From: Tortispora ganteri
Taxonomy: Eukaryota
NCBI GenBank assembly: GCA_003707115.1
Contig: PPNB01000010.1
Coordinates: 124,001 to 188,000, forward strand
DNA length: 64,000 nucleotides
Direction of reading: 5' to 3'
Part shown: piece by piece, positions 20,266 through 30,113 of the stretch
Layout of the letters: every line of letters starts with the position of its first letter
How positions within the stretch are numbered: the first letter of the stretch is position 1
Translations under genes and position numbers: made by a program
The notes under the pieces: model-generated
The model's database searches: none
Seen by the model: the letters and a program-made list of their open reading frames with translations, nothing else
What the model was told of the DNA's origin: nothing

Positions 20266-21297
20266 ATGTCGCTTCTATTTCAGTATGGCGACTGGCTGGA
20301 AGTCTCTGTTCCTTCTATCGAGAGGCCTTTTGGAGTATATCTGTACTCTCTTCTTGACAAGTCGGCCCAACTTCTTACTGGAAAATCTGCCTATGAAGCA
20401 TGGTACTTCCGACCTGACTCTGAGCAATGGCTTACCACCAGCAAAGGTATAGCCCTTGCTATGATTGTGTACTATGTGACTATCTTCGGAGGTTACTATA
20501 TTATGAAGTTGCTGCCCCCTTTCAAACTTAAAGCCTTGTTTCAGTTGCACAATTTAATTTTGACTTCTATATCGGCTGGGCTGTTAGCTCTTTTCGTAGA
20601 GCAGTTGGTTCCCATGCTCTATTATCATGGTCTTTTTTACGCCATTTGCAACGAAGCCTCCTGGTCCGAGCCGATGGTTATACTCTACTATCTCACTTAC
20701 TTGAGTAAAGTATACGAGTTCGTCGACACTTTCTTTTTGGTACTCCGCAAAAAACCTCTTACATTTTTGCACACTTACCACCACGGCGCGACTGCTTTGC
20801 TCATGTATACCCAGCTTTTAGGCCGCACTGCTGTATCTTGGGTTCCGGTCACGCTTAACTTGATGGTGCACGTAATTATGTACTGGTACTACTTCCAGGC
20901 TAGCCGTGGGGTTCGCGTCTGGTGGAAACAGTGGGTCACTAGACTGCAAATTATCCAGTTCGTCATTGACCTTGGCTTCGTATATTTTGCGTCCTACACT
21001 TATTTCTCGAACAAGTATTTTCCCTACTTGCCCAACTGCGGTACATGTTTTGGCGACGAAATTGCTGCTATATTTGGCTGTGCTTTGCTCACCTCCTACT
21101 TGTTCCTGTTTATTGGATTTTACGCCAAGTCTTATGTCAACAAATCTCGCACCAGAAGCCGCAGCACTGCTGCTGCTCAAGCCACTGCCGAGGCTGCCTA
21201 TGCACTTGGTTCTGCTACTGGATTCGGCGGAATCGCCCCTCCTGAAACGAAACCTTCCAACGGTGTGTCTACTCGTCGCACTCGTCGCAAGGAGTAA
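20266..21297 (+). CDS. Fatty acid elongase (GNS1/SUR4 family, Elo2-like)
   Basis: KVYEFVDTFFL, FLHTYHHG, HVIMYWYY and TRLQIIQF motifs. Confidence 0.93.
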   Translation: MSLLFQYGDWLEVSVPSIERPFGVYLYSLLDKSAQLLTGKSAYEAWYFRPDSEQWLTTSKGIALAMIVYYVTIFGGYYIMKLLPPFKLKALFQLHNLILTSISAGLLALFVEQLVPMLYYHGLFYAICNEASWSEPMVILYYLTYLSKVYEFVDTFFLVLRKKPLTFLHTYHHGATALLMYTQLLGRTAVSWVPVTLNLMVHVIMYWYYFQASRGVRVWWKQWVTRLQIIQFVIDLGFVYFASYTYFSNKYFPYLPNCGTCFGDEIAAIFGCALLTSYLFLFIGFYAKSYVNKSRTRSRSTAAAQATAEAAYALGSATGFGGIAPPETKPSNGVSTRRTRRKE

Positions 21298-21430
21298 AAT
21301 AATACGTATAGACGTAATTCATTCCTTCTCACCTTCCTTCTCGTAAATATTTTCGTAATTAGTCGCAACTAACCGAATGATCACCTCCCCCTCCCTTCCC
21401 TAACCTTACTACACCACAGCAATCACACCA

Positions 21431-21865
21431 ATGACCGAAACAGTTTCATCGGATACTCTGAATGCCGATATCCGTACGGTCGTGCAATCTCTGTACGAGA
21501 TGGCCGTAGCCGTTCATGACTACGAAGGAGATGAATCGTTGGCTGTGGTCACAGAACGGGTCAACTTGCTGGTGGAGGACCTGGGAAGGCTGGACGCAAA
21601 AGCTGCCGAATTAAAAGATCTACTGCTGCCTCGCGACATTATTGAGTATGTGGAAAATGGTAGGAACCCCGATGTGTATACTAGAGAATTCGTTGAGCTT
21701 CTTGCTAGACAAAACCAGTATCTTAAGGGGAAAGTGCATGCAGTTGCGGGGTTCCGAGACAAACTGGCACAGGAACTCGTGAACGCTTTCCCTGAAATCA
21801 CAAGCGATGTTAACTTAGTGCTACATCAATCTACTTGCCTTAAAGTTACTCCTGATGATTCGTAA
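21431..21865 (+). CDS. NUT2: Mediator subunit Med10/Nut2
   Basis: LPRDIIEYVENGRNPDVYTREFVE...NQYLKGK signature. Confidence 0.95.
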   Translation: MTETVSSDTLNADIRTVVQSLYEMAVAVHDYEGDESLAVVTERVNLLVEDLGRLDAKAAELKDLLLPRDIIEYVENGRNPDVYTREFVELLARQNQYLKGKVHAVAGFRDKLAQELVNAFPEITSDVNLVLHQSTCLKVTPDDS

Positions 21866-21885
21866 ATATCATATCGGATAGCTGT

Positions 21886-23151
21886 CTATTTTGTGTCTCG
21901 CGGAAGAATAGCGTTCATACTAATCTCCCCTAAGAATTTAGATGCCGCTTCTTGATCGCCGTACACCGCCACAAATTTGTCTATTTTGGCATTGATTGTT
22001 TCGTCCTCGATGCTATTCTGTACATCTATGATGAATCTGTTCCAAGTATGGAAATTGTGGATCTGTAGGAAAACCCAGGCACTCATCTCTCCAGCCTGCA
22101 ACAAATGCTGGATATATGCCCTGTGGATCTTCTTGCATGAGTAACAATCGCAGTCATCCGATATTCCTGACATATCTGTGGTGAATCCATTCCACAAATT
22201 GATTGCCAGTTCTCCTGAAGGATTCGCAAAGTCAAAAATAAAGGCTGAACCACTGTTCGATGCCTGTACAGGCGCAGTGTTCGGTATTGCGTCGAACCCT
22301 AGCTGTACTAGATTCAGTACGCTTTGTGGGGTATTTACATCGTTTCCTGTGTAAAATAGCGGCTTGTTATTAGCCCCTGCACGATTAACTATTTGCTCCA
22401 GGTCTATTAATGAGTCGATATTGTCATTTTCGTCCAAATCCGGGGTGTCTTCATCGGCTTTTCTCTTGCGCGAACGGGCTTCCTTAAGTGTCGCAAACTG
22501 CAGCCCAAAATACCCGTCCGTATTCAAAGACACTAGGTAGTGGTCTTGTAACCACCATCCTTGACCGTAAACAGCTGGTGGGACAGCCTTGTGGCGCAGT
22601 GTTTGCGGTAATGCCTCCCACCAGTCGATGGCTCTTTTGACCATTTTTTGTGATCGGGTCTTACCTGGGATGCCGTCCTGGCTAGCTGTAGGTTCGTCTA
22701 TCGGTGTGAATATAATATCCGCATCTGTATTTTGTGCATATTTGTAAAAATCTGGTACTTCTAGACGAACAAATCCTTCTGTGGTCATGATTCCGACGCC
22801 GGTGTTACTGTTGGCTTGTGCTGAAGGAATTGGTTGCAACCGTCGAAGTCCAAGCAACACGGGGCTTTTCCTTAACGGATCAAGCGCTGTGGCTCTCTTC
22901 GAGAACTGCTCTTCACCTTTTGTAAGAAGATCGCTGGGCCTACCTCGTGCACCGATGTAGTCTTCAATAGCTACATGAGTTGGCTGAACTGCTACGTGAT
23001 CTGGAGTGAGGTGCGGAATTGCACCTCGGATAGTAGGAGTGAACAGACAAGGTGTCTTGAACTCAGACCTTTGGAATTTGAGTCGTCCTGTCCTTGAGTA
23101 TCTAGCTCCAGCTCGAGGTACGGTTTTCAAAACTTCGAATTTGGGGTCCAT
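21886..23151 (-). CDS. Queuine tRNA-ribosyltransferase accessory subunit (QTRT2-like)
   Basis: TGT fold start (RTGRL...TPCLFTPTIRGAIPHLTPD); Zn site CDCYSC...HRAYIQHLL...EM...LQIHN; the catalytic-subunit DSGG motif was not seen. ATG at 23151. Confidence 0.85.
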   Translation of the reverse strand: MDPKFEVLKTVPRAGARYSRTGRLKFQRSEFKTPCLFTPTIRGAIPHLTPDHVAVQPTHVAIEDYIGARGRPSDLLTKGEEQFSKRATALDPLRKSPVLLGLRRLQPIPSAQANSNTGVGIMTTEGFVRLEVPDFYKYAQNTDADIIFTPIDEPTASQDGIPGKTRSQKMVKRAIDWWEALPQTLRHKAVPPAVYGQGWWLQDHYLVSLNTDGYFGLQFATLKEARSRKRKADEDTPDLDENDNIDSLIDLEQIVNRAGANNKPLFYTGNDVNTPQSVLNLVQLGFDAIPNTAPVQASNSGSAFIFDFANPSGELAINLWNGFTTDMSGISDDCDCYSCKKIHRAYIQHLLQAGEMSAWVFLQIHNFHTWNRFIIDVQNSIEDETINAKIDKFVAVYGDQEAASKFLGEISMNAILPRDTK

Positions 23152-23356
23152 CTGGTCAAAATCTTCGAGGATCAAAGTTGCACTAAATAGCAAGAGATGG
23201 AAAAAAAAAACTTTAATCGGAGTCAAACTGGAAATCTGCTGACTTAAACAGGTTTCGAATAGCGGCCCTAGAAAGTCAAACAATCTACAAAATTAGACAT
23301 ACAATATTGTGTATGGATATTTCCATTAAATAAGATTAAGTCGAAGAAATAAGCCC

Positions 23357-23812
23357 TTACTCGTAGATCCAGCTGCGGGCAGCAGGGGTGTAAGACATGA
23401 GCTCTTCGGGTTTGAACCACAAATCGATCTCCTTTTTGGCGCTTTCAACAGAGTCAGAACCATGGCAGACGTTACGACCGACATCGATAGCAAAGTCACC
23501 ACGGATAGTGCCAGGGGCAGAAGCTAAGGGGTTGGTAGCGCCCAAAAGGACACGTCCAGTCTTGACAACTTCTTTACCTTCCCAAACCATAGCGCAGATG
23601 GGTCCTGAGCACATATATTGAACAAGGCCAGCAAAAAAGGGTTTGGTAGCAAGATCAGCATAGTGCTTCTCCAAGTGAGCCTTGCCAGGTTGGACAAGCT
23701 TCATGGCGACCAATTGGAAACCTTTGGCTTCAAAACGAGAGATAATGGGACCAACAAGTCCGCGTTGAACACCGTCAGGCTTGATAGCAATAAAAGTACG
23801 TTCGTTGCTCAT
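23357..23812 (-). CDS. YNK1: Nucleoside diphosphate kinase
   Basis: [16 protein letters not shown] and NVCHGSDS active-site motifs. Confidence 0.98.
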   Translation of the reverse strand: MSNERTFIAIKPDGVQRGLVGPIISRFEAKGFQLVAMKLVQPGKAHLEKHYADLATKPFFAGLVQYMCSGPICAMVWEGKEVVKTGRVLLGATNPLASAPGTIRGDFAIDVGRNVCHGSDSVESAKKEIDLWFKPEELMSYTPAARSWIYE

Positions 23813-23961
23813 TGTTAAAAAAAAGTTCGAGATTCAGTTGAAAGAAAAAAGGTGTCGAAGTTGGAGTTTCCTCTGGCTTAATATATTCCTACAAAAATAT
23901 AGTAATTACGACTTTGAAAAAAAAAAAAGTGCCCTTCGAGGGGCTTAACGGGACTTCAAGG

Positions 23962-23969
23962 CCGGGTAA
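23962..23969. promoter_or_regulatory. Reb1-type site next to poly(dA) in the YNK1/ATP25 divergent promoter
   Basis: Exact CCGGGTAA, with an A-run at ~23917-23928. Confidence 0.45.
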
Positions 23970-24040
23970 CTTGGTGCAACGAACGCTTTTACTCGCAGTC
24001 CTTATACTTTAATTTTTCTTGTATCGCTGCAACAATCGGA

Positions 24041-26092
24041 ATGCGAGTTCTATGCAGGTTAAAAGTGCCTACAGGCATTTACGGGCATTATACACCTGTA
24101 CGCCGTTGGACTACTGCTGTACCTTCCCTGGGTTTGCGTCGCTACTCAGTGAAGCCTTGGTACCTTACCGAAGACTCAACGCAGCCCAGAAATGCGACCT
24201 TGTCTATAGATATTCCGAGTAGGGCTGCTGACACAACCAAGACCACAGTAGAATGTCTACAAGATCTTGGATTGAAAGACATAGGGGTATATGTTGTACT
24301 AGATCCGCTCGGTGAGGAGAAGACCGTTGTCTTGACGTCGGCGCTGTCGGCTAAGCATGTTGTATCTGCTGGATCAGAACTTATACAGTTTCTTAAACAG
24401 AAGTTGAACATTTTGCCCAAATCCGATGGTCTTTTTTGTAAAGAGAACTTGAAGGTACAGAGGAGGAGGTTACGCAGGAAGCTTTCGAAGCTGGCCGTGT
24501 TTGCGTCTAAAGTTGTTCCGGAAGAACACATCGACGCTACACTGCAAGACAGAATGGGTGCTGGTTCCTGGGCTATGATCTCGTTTAGATCAGTACCTAA
24601 CAACACAGATGTTCACATATTTACACAGGATCGTCGTAATGAGATAGATTTGCCTGGGTTATGGATTGAGGAAGATCTTTTGCTAGAAGGTTATGTTGGC
24701 GAAGAGCGAAGTACACCTAAAACTATATCTCAAGTAGACCCGGAAAAATTCTTGTTACGCAACTACTCTACGACTTCGAGGAGATTTTTACATCACCAGT
24801 CGTCATCGTCTCCTACTGCCGATGCATGGGAAATCCTGTACAGTGATCGAAACATGCCGCCGAAACCGCAGACAGTATTCCAGGTCATGAAACGTCTTTG
24901 CAAAGACGGCAACTATGAGTTACTCAAACGGCTACAAAGTCGTATACCTGCGCAATACTGCGAAATTGATGCGGACAACCGGTATTTAGACCCAATAAGT
25001 CTTGTTCTATGGGCACACATCGTATACCTCTCCAAGCATTTAAGCAATCACGGGATCAGTAAAACACACGATATGCTGATCCGAAGAAAGAGTATAAGTG
25101 ATGTCGACATTTCGTTTAGCACATTATCTAGCGCTGTCATGTCCAAATCTACTCCGAGACCAACCAAAATCGATGCAGCGCCTTTTGTGCGATCTTTCTT
25201 TGACTCTATGCCTAAAAGAGGAAACGTTGAAAGGAAACACCTGCAAATACAGTTGCAGTTTCTGCGGTTATTACACACCATTGCTCCTAGAGAGTACCCG
25301 CTGGAAAGCCTGGAGAGGTTTATCTACGATATGGTTTCTACAGGCCACCTTCCTGTGAAGCAAGATCTGTTGGCAGTACTTATGAGTGCTGCTACTTCAC
25401 CTCCCGTAGAAGTCATTGAAGGACACGAAGTGTTACAAGAAGATACTCTTACCCAATGGACAAAGTCTTTTCAGAGAAGATTTGATTTCATCAGAAGATT
25501 CACGACAGAAGTTTGTGGTTCTTTGTGGTTTGAGGACTTTCATGAGATTAGAGAGTTAAGAGGCATCTTACTGCGTGCATGCATTGGAGACAAACCAGCA
25601 AATACAACACATGATGGCAGGATTGACCCGCTACCTGTTACGAGAGGAAAAGTAGCTGATGAGCGCTTTGTGGAACTATCTGCTTTCTTCCAAGAGACTC
25701 TAGGCGCGCAAGACGAGAACCTAGTAGTAGCAATGGTAATGGGTCTTGCTATTGCGAAGAAATGGGTGAATATTTGGAGACTATTAGAGCTATGTGCGAT
25801 GAAGGAGATGACCATTGGTCGTCCAGGATTAGCACTGATATCCTGGAGCATTGCTACGAGCGATATGGATCGGCCAAAAGAATATTTGTTGCGATCTGGA
25901 TGGAAGATCTTAATGGCGCTACGCCCAGTTGATGAAAAGCCGTCGCAGGAGCTATCGCAAGCACTATATGCAGCCGGTAAGCAGCTTGGATCTATACCAA
26001 AAGATGTTGCTGAATTTATAGAGACTGCTGATGAGTCTTGCATGAACGAGATGCCGCTGGATTTGACGTGGATGACTGTAAATTTACGATGA
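24041..26092 (+). CDS. ATP25: Mitochondrial Atp25 (RsfS-like N domain plus mRNA-stabilisation M domain)
   Basis: Presequence-like N-terminus; DLGLKDI...SAKHV...DGL...RRRLRRK...SW...VHIFTQDRRNEIDL..LW pattern. Confidence 0.8.
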   Translation: MRVLCRLKVPTGIYGHYTPVRRWTTAVPSLGLRRYSVKPWYLTEDSTQPRNATLSIDIPSRAADTTKTTVECLQDLGLKDIGVYVVLDPLGEEKTVVLTSALSAKHVVSAGSELIQFLKQKLNILPKSDGLFCKENLKVQRRRLRRKLSKLAVFASKVVPEEHIDATLQDRMGAGSWAMISFRSVPNNTDVHIFTQDRRNEIDLPGLWIEEDLLLEGYVGEERSTPKTISQVDPEKFLLRNYSTTSRRFLHHQSSSSPTADAWEILYSDRNMPPKPQTVFQVMKRLCKDGNYELLKRLQSRIPAQYCEIDADNRYLDPISLVLWAHIVYLSKHLSNHGISKTHDMLIRRKSISDVDISFSTLSSAVMSKSTPRPTKIDAAPFVRSFFDSMPKRGNVERKHLQIQLQFLRLLHTIAPREYPLESLERFIYDMVSTGHLPVKQDLLAVLMSAATSPPVEVIEGHEVLQEDTLTQWTKSFQRRFDFIRRFTTEVCGSLWFEDFHEIRELRGILLRACIGDKPANTTHDGRIDPLPVTRGKVADERFVELSAFFQETLGAQDENLVVAMVMGLAIAKKWVNIWRLLELCAMKEMTIGRPGLALISWSIATSDMDRPKEYLLRSGWKILMALRPVDEKPSQELSQALYAAGKQLGSIPKDVAEFIETADESCMNEMPLDLTWMTVNLR

Positions 26093-26151
26093 TAATGAAT
26101 GTATGAGAATTTTTTGATTTGCATTTTTTATTGCTTGTGTGGTTATTTGTA

Positions 26152-26739
26152 TTAGAATAAGCCGGTAAAACGTTTTGCAGCGCTCGGGGACTTTTTGGCG
26201 GCGTCCTTAGCAGCATTAGCGATAGTCGACCGCATGCCATCCTGGCCGATCTTGTATCCCCAGCCGCGCAGGGTTTTAGCCACATAAGGGGTTAATGTGA
26301 AAGTGAGCGGCACGCGCAAAAATATAAGTAGGGACTTATGTATACCATAAGCTATCAGAAACTCAGTCCATAGAGAGGGCTGCGAACGCTGTGCGGGATT
26401 GTGAGAATATATATCCGAAGAAGAACCGTCCTCAGAAGATGTATTTGTCTGTTCACTTGTCTGCGTAGGAGTTGATTCATTATCTTTCGATTCAAAACCA
26501 AAATAAGACTTAATTTGGTCTTCCCATTTGCTCACAGTTTCCTGTCCAGCAGAGTGGACGACAAAAAACGTAAGCGGAAGATCGATCATCGATATACTCA
26601 GGTATACACCGGTAGCAACCCAGCCGTACTCCTTTGAGAGTTCTTTCATCCTAGCACTGAAGCTAGCATTTCTTATAGCTACAGGCTGCGGCCGGGTAAT
26701 ACTCTGCCTGAGTGCACGCATGCTTGCTCTAGCCAACAT
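26152..26739 (-). CDS. DUF1279/FAM210 family mitochondrial protein (Nat2-like)
   Basis: KELSKEYGWVATGVYLSISMIDLP and TEFLIAYGIHKSL...RVPLT motifs; Arg-rich presequence. Confidence 0.88.
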   Translation of the reverse strand: MLARASMRALRQSITRPQPVAIRNASFSARMKELSKEYGWVATGVYLSISMIDLPLTFFVVHSAGQETVSKWEDQIKSYFGFESKDNESTPTQTSEQTNTSSEDGSSSDIYSHNPAQRSQPSLWTEFLIAYGIHKSLLIFLRVPLTFTLTPYVAKTLRGWGYKIGQDGMRSTIANAAKDAAKKSPSAAKRFTGLF

Positions 26740-27184
26740 GGTGATTTATGTATTCTCGAGTATCTTAGAAGGTTGCAAAAAATGGCCTTTAGTAACATAG
26801 TCAGGCCAATAATAGAGCTCGGTTTTTGGGAGCAATTAATCCGCCCCGGTAGTAACCCATCGAGTTGCTTGTATTATTAGGCTTTTTGCCTTTCCCCACC
26901 GCACTCCCTCCGAAGGCTGAAAAACTATTCTTAACAGACGACACATACTAGGATCAGAGTTTTATCTTTCTGCGCCAGTTATTTGTATATATAACTGCGT
27001 ATACAACTGGCTACACAAGTGCTTGTTTTGAAATTGGTGTAACTTGCAGATCGATCCTCAATCAAGCGTGTCAACACAATACCACGGCCGCGGGGTTGTT
27101 TTCTTTTCCGGCTTTTTCGTTCCTTTGTGGGGTAACAGATCGATCGCTCGATTTCTCTCATTTTCCTGCCTACAGTGATCTCAT

Positions 27185-28210
27185 ATGTTGCAAATCACTA
27201 CAGATAATTCTTCACATCCTATCTACATGTCTACACAAACAAAACCCCCGGTAGAAATTGCAGATAGACCGCCCATAAGCAAGCACTCGTGGGAGTATGT
27301 AGTTCGATCAGGCATAGCCGGTGGACTTGCCGGATCTGCTGCTAAAACTGCTATTGCTCCTCTCGATCGCGTTAAAATTCTTTTTCAGACCTCTAACGAG
27401 GATTTCCTGCAATATAGAGGATCCCTAAAGGGCACGGCTCGTGCTATTTCACGGATATATAGAGATTCTGGCGTATATGGCTTATTCCAAGGCCATTCCG
27501 TCACGATTGTACGAATAATGCCTTATGCCGCCATAAAATTCGTCGCATACGAACAGGTCAGAAACTTCTTTATTCCTTCTAAAGAATACGAAACGCACAT
27601 AAGACGTGCCATCTCTGGTTCGCTTTCTGGTATAGTATCTGTGATGTTCACATATCCACTAGAAGTCATACGCGTTCGCATGGCTTACGAATCCAAAAGT
27701 CACCATCATTACGAGACACCAGCTGCTCATTTGCGTGAGCATGGAGTTTTGGCCACAACAAAGCGGATATACGCTAACGGCGGCCTACAGAATTTCTATA
27801 GAGGGTTCTCCGCAACGGTCATAGGAATTATACCGTACGCCGGTGTCTCTTTCTGGACGCACGATTTTGCTCATGATTTACTTCGGCTTCCTGCAATAAA
27901 GAAGTACACCACAATTGAATCTGATTCTGTTGACCGGCCACCTCTGAAAGTCTGGGCTGAGCTAACCGCTGGCGGTCTTTCCGGAATGGTTGCACAGACT
28001 GCGTCGTATCCTCTAGAGGTTATCCGGCGTCGTATGCAGGTCCACGACGGGTCTAGACAGAATATTATTGGTTTAGGCAAGGATATTGTTCGCGTAGATG
28101 GGTTTAAAGGATTATATGTTGGTCTTTCAATTGGGTTTATAAAAGTCGTGCCGATGGCTGCGATCTCCTTCTTGGTATATGAGAGAGTAAAGTTTGCTCT
28201 AGGAATATGA
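27185..28210 (+). CDS. LEU5: Mitochondrial carrier, CoA transporter Leu5-like
   Basis: Three PX[DE]XX[KR] repeats; AKTAIAPLDRVKILFQ, FQGHSVT and PYAAIKFVAYEQ are Leu5-type. Confidence 0.88.
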   Translation: MLQITTDNSSHPIYMSTQTKPPVEIADRPPISKHSWEYVVRSGIAGGLAGSAAKTAIAPLDRVKILFQTSNEDFLQYRGSLKGTARAISRIYRDSGVYGLFQGHSVTIVRIMPYAAIKFVAYEQVRNFFIPSKEYETHIRRAISGSLSGIVSVMFTYPLEVIRVRMAYESKSHHHYETPAAHLREHGVLATTKRIYANGGLQNFYRGFSATVIGIIPYAGVSFWTHDFAHDLLRLPAIKKYTTIESDSVDRPPLKVWAELTAGGLSGMVAQTASYPLEVIRRRMQVHDGSRQNIIGLGKDIVRVDGFKGLYVGLSIGFIKVVPMAAISFLVYERVKFALGI

Positions 28211-28878
28211 AATTAATGACTACTGATATATTCTGGTATTGTTCTTTTATTATTTACATGTAGTATGTAATCAGCAGCCAAATTGAAATCGGCAAAGTTA
28301 TGTTCCTAATTGATATCTATGACAAGCAAGTTCTGCAATACGAGCAACAAGTTTGGTTTGTGTTCAACTTATTAAGATTGTCATATATGAAGAAAATTGT
28401 AAATGAGAGTCATTGGAGAGCAACATGTGGAATCCAAACCGGAGCTTATCGACATGATTAGTTGTCACTTGCAATAGTACCACAGCACTTCGACATGTCA
28501 ATTGCAAAACATCCAAGCTCTATAATATAATTGGCAAATAATTTGTTATTTACTAAAGAAAGCTGGTTAGTTATGCTAAACTAGCAGAGGGAACGTGTAG
28601 CCAGCAAATAATTGTTAATAAAGTTTTTCGCTTAAGTTTATTTATTCCTTGACAAGACATTTATTGGCTGTATAGTCAATACCATTCTCGCTTGTGAATC
28701 TAAATAGCAATTAACTTTATGACATTAGCAATGTACAGGTATAAAATGAACTCCGCGCAAATATTATATTAAAATGTACCGTTACTGTATAAGCATTAAA
28801 AAAAACCAAAACATGAGAAAGAGAGCATGATACGGAAAATTCGTGATACTAAAAGACTGCCAAGCGTCAATGTAGACG

Positions 28879-28921
28879 GGTGTGAGTGTCCGCGTCTGTG
28901 TGTGTTTATGTGTGTCTGTGT
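28879..28921. repeat. Degenerate (TG)n low-complexity tract
   Basis: GGTGTGAGTGTCCGCGTCTGTGTGTGTTTATGTGTGTCTGTG, 3' of the C2H2 TF gene. Confidence 0.5.
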
Positions 28922-29024
28922 ACGCATCCGCCAAAACGTATACGCGGTTGCGACTGCACTTGTATAAATATTTTCATTTATTTGTACTGTGATTGTGCAG
29001 AATATGAACGTCCTTGGCGCTTGC

Positions 29025-30113
29025 CTAAGCAGTTGCTCCGCTGAATGAATCGTGTGAAGCACTCGGTAAATAAGAGTCACCTAACCGCGTGCTCGGCACT
29101 GCTACTACTCTCATTGATGCCGAATCTGTCTTTTTAATCACAGAGTCGCCGTACATTCCAGAGCAAGAATCAGAGGGCTCAATATAGTCGAAATCTGAGT
29201 TACCGTAATAGGAAGATGAGGCAACGTTAGATGTTGTGGCGGCAGCTGTTGCTGATGCCGAAGATGCGGGTTTGGAAGTGTTCTGGGTTGAGACGGTAGT
29301 GAGTGGATTTAGAGAAGAATTCTCGTAAGAAAGCGAGCTATTGACATTGGCTTGCGAAAGAGCGGTGGGGTGGAGTTTTCTATGGGCCTGGAACTCCTGA
29401 TCCTGTATTGAGAGAGTAGTCCGGGATGGGTCGATGATGTTATTTGTGGAGAAGCCTGTAGAGCTAGAAGCGCTGCTAAAAGTGTTGTGTTCGGGAGTGT
29501 CGTAGGGGATCGGTTCTTGTTCTGAGCCGTAGATGCCTGAATAGGAGTTATGTATCGATACGGCCATGGTAGGCATGGTGTAGTAGGACGAAGCGAGCTC
29601 ATAGGCGGAAGAGCCTAGCGCGTAACCCACGGGGTAACCTAGAGGGGGTCGGGCCACGGAATCAAAATCATAAGGATATCCGGCGGCGTGGTAGTAATGT
29701 GAGGCCGTAGAATAATTGGTTTCTTTGCTGTCTATTCCGGAGTAGACGCTGTTGATCGAAGGAAGCTGGGTGCCAGTGGAAGTGCCAGATAGTACTGGCG
29801 ATTGAAACGTACGCGGAACGGAGTCTAAGCGCTGATTTGAATTGTGGAAACGGTGATCAGTTTGGAACAGCTTTCCTTGCTTCTGTTGCTGTTTACGACG
29901 GAGTCTACAGAGGTCTCTGATCTCCTTGAACTCCTCCGGCAAACGTTTAGCTCCATGACCCTGCATTTGCACGTGGGCGTTTAAGTGATTCAGGGTGCCG
30001 TATGCCTTCTGGCAGTCCTGGTAGTTGCAAGCATAGAGGCGCTCTATTTCGCCATGTCGTCGGCGGTGACGCTTGTTTTGGGATTCGGGAGATGTCGATT
30101 TATCTTTAGCCAT
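29025..30113 (-). CDS. Con7-like single C2H2 zinc-finger transcription factor
   Basis: RRRHGEIERLYACNYQDCQKAYGTLNHLNAHVQMQGHGAKRLPEEFKEIR matches the fungal Con7 family; S/T/Y-rich tail; ATG at 30113. Confidence 0.85.
   Translation of the reverse strand: MAKDKSTSPESQNKRHRRRHGEIERLYACNYQDCQKAYGTLNHLNAHVQMQGHGAKRLPEEFKEIRDLCRLRRKQQQKQGKLFQTDHRFHNSNQRLDSVPRTFQSPVLSGTSTGTQLPSINSVYSGIDSKETNYSTASHYYHAAGYPYDFDSVARPPLGYPVGYALGSSAYELASSYYTMPTMAVSIHNSYSGIYGSEQEPIPYDTPEHNTFSSASSSTGFSTNNIIDPSRTTLSIQDQEFQAHRKLHPTALSQANVNSSLSYENSSLNPLTTVSTQNTSKPASSASATAAATTSNVASSSYYGNSDFDYIEPSDSCSGMYGDSVIKKTDSASMRVVAVPSTRLGDSYLPSASHDSFSGATA

Noticed and set aside
27132..27175. Possible 44-nt 5' UTR intron of LEU5 (GTAACA..CAG)
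   Set aside because: Weak donor and no convincing branch point.
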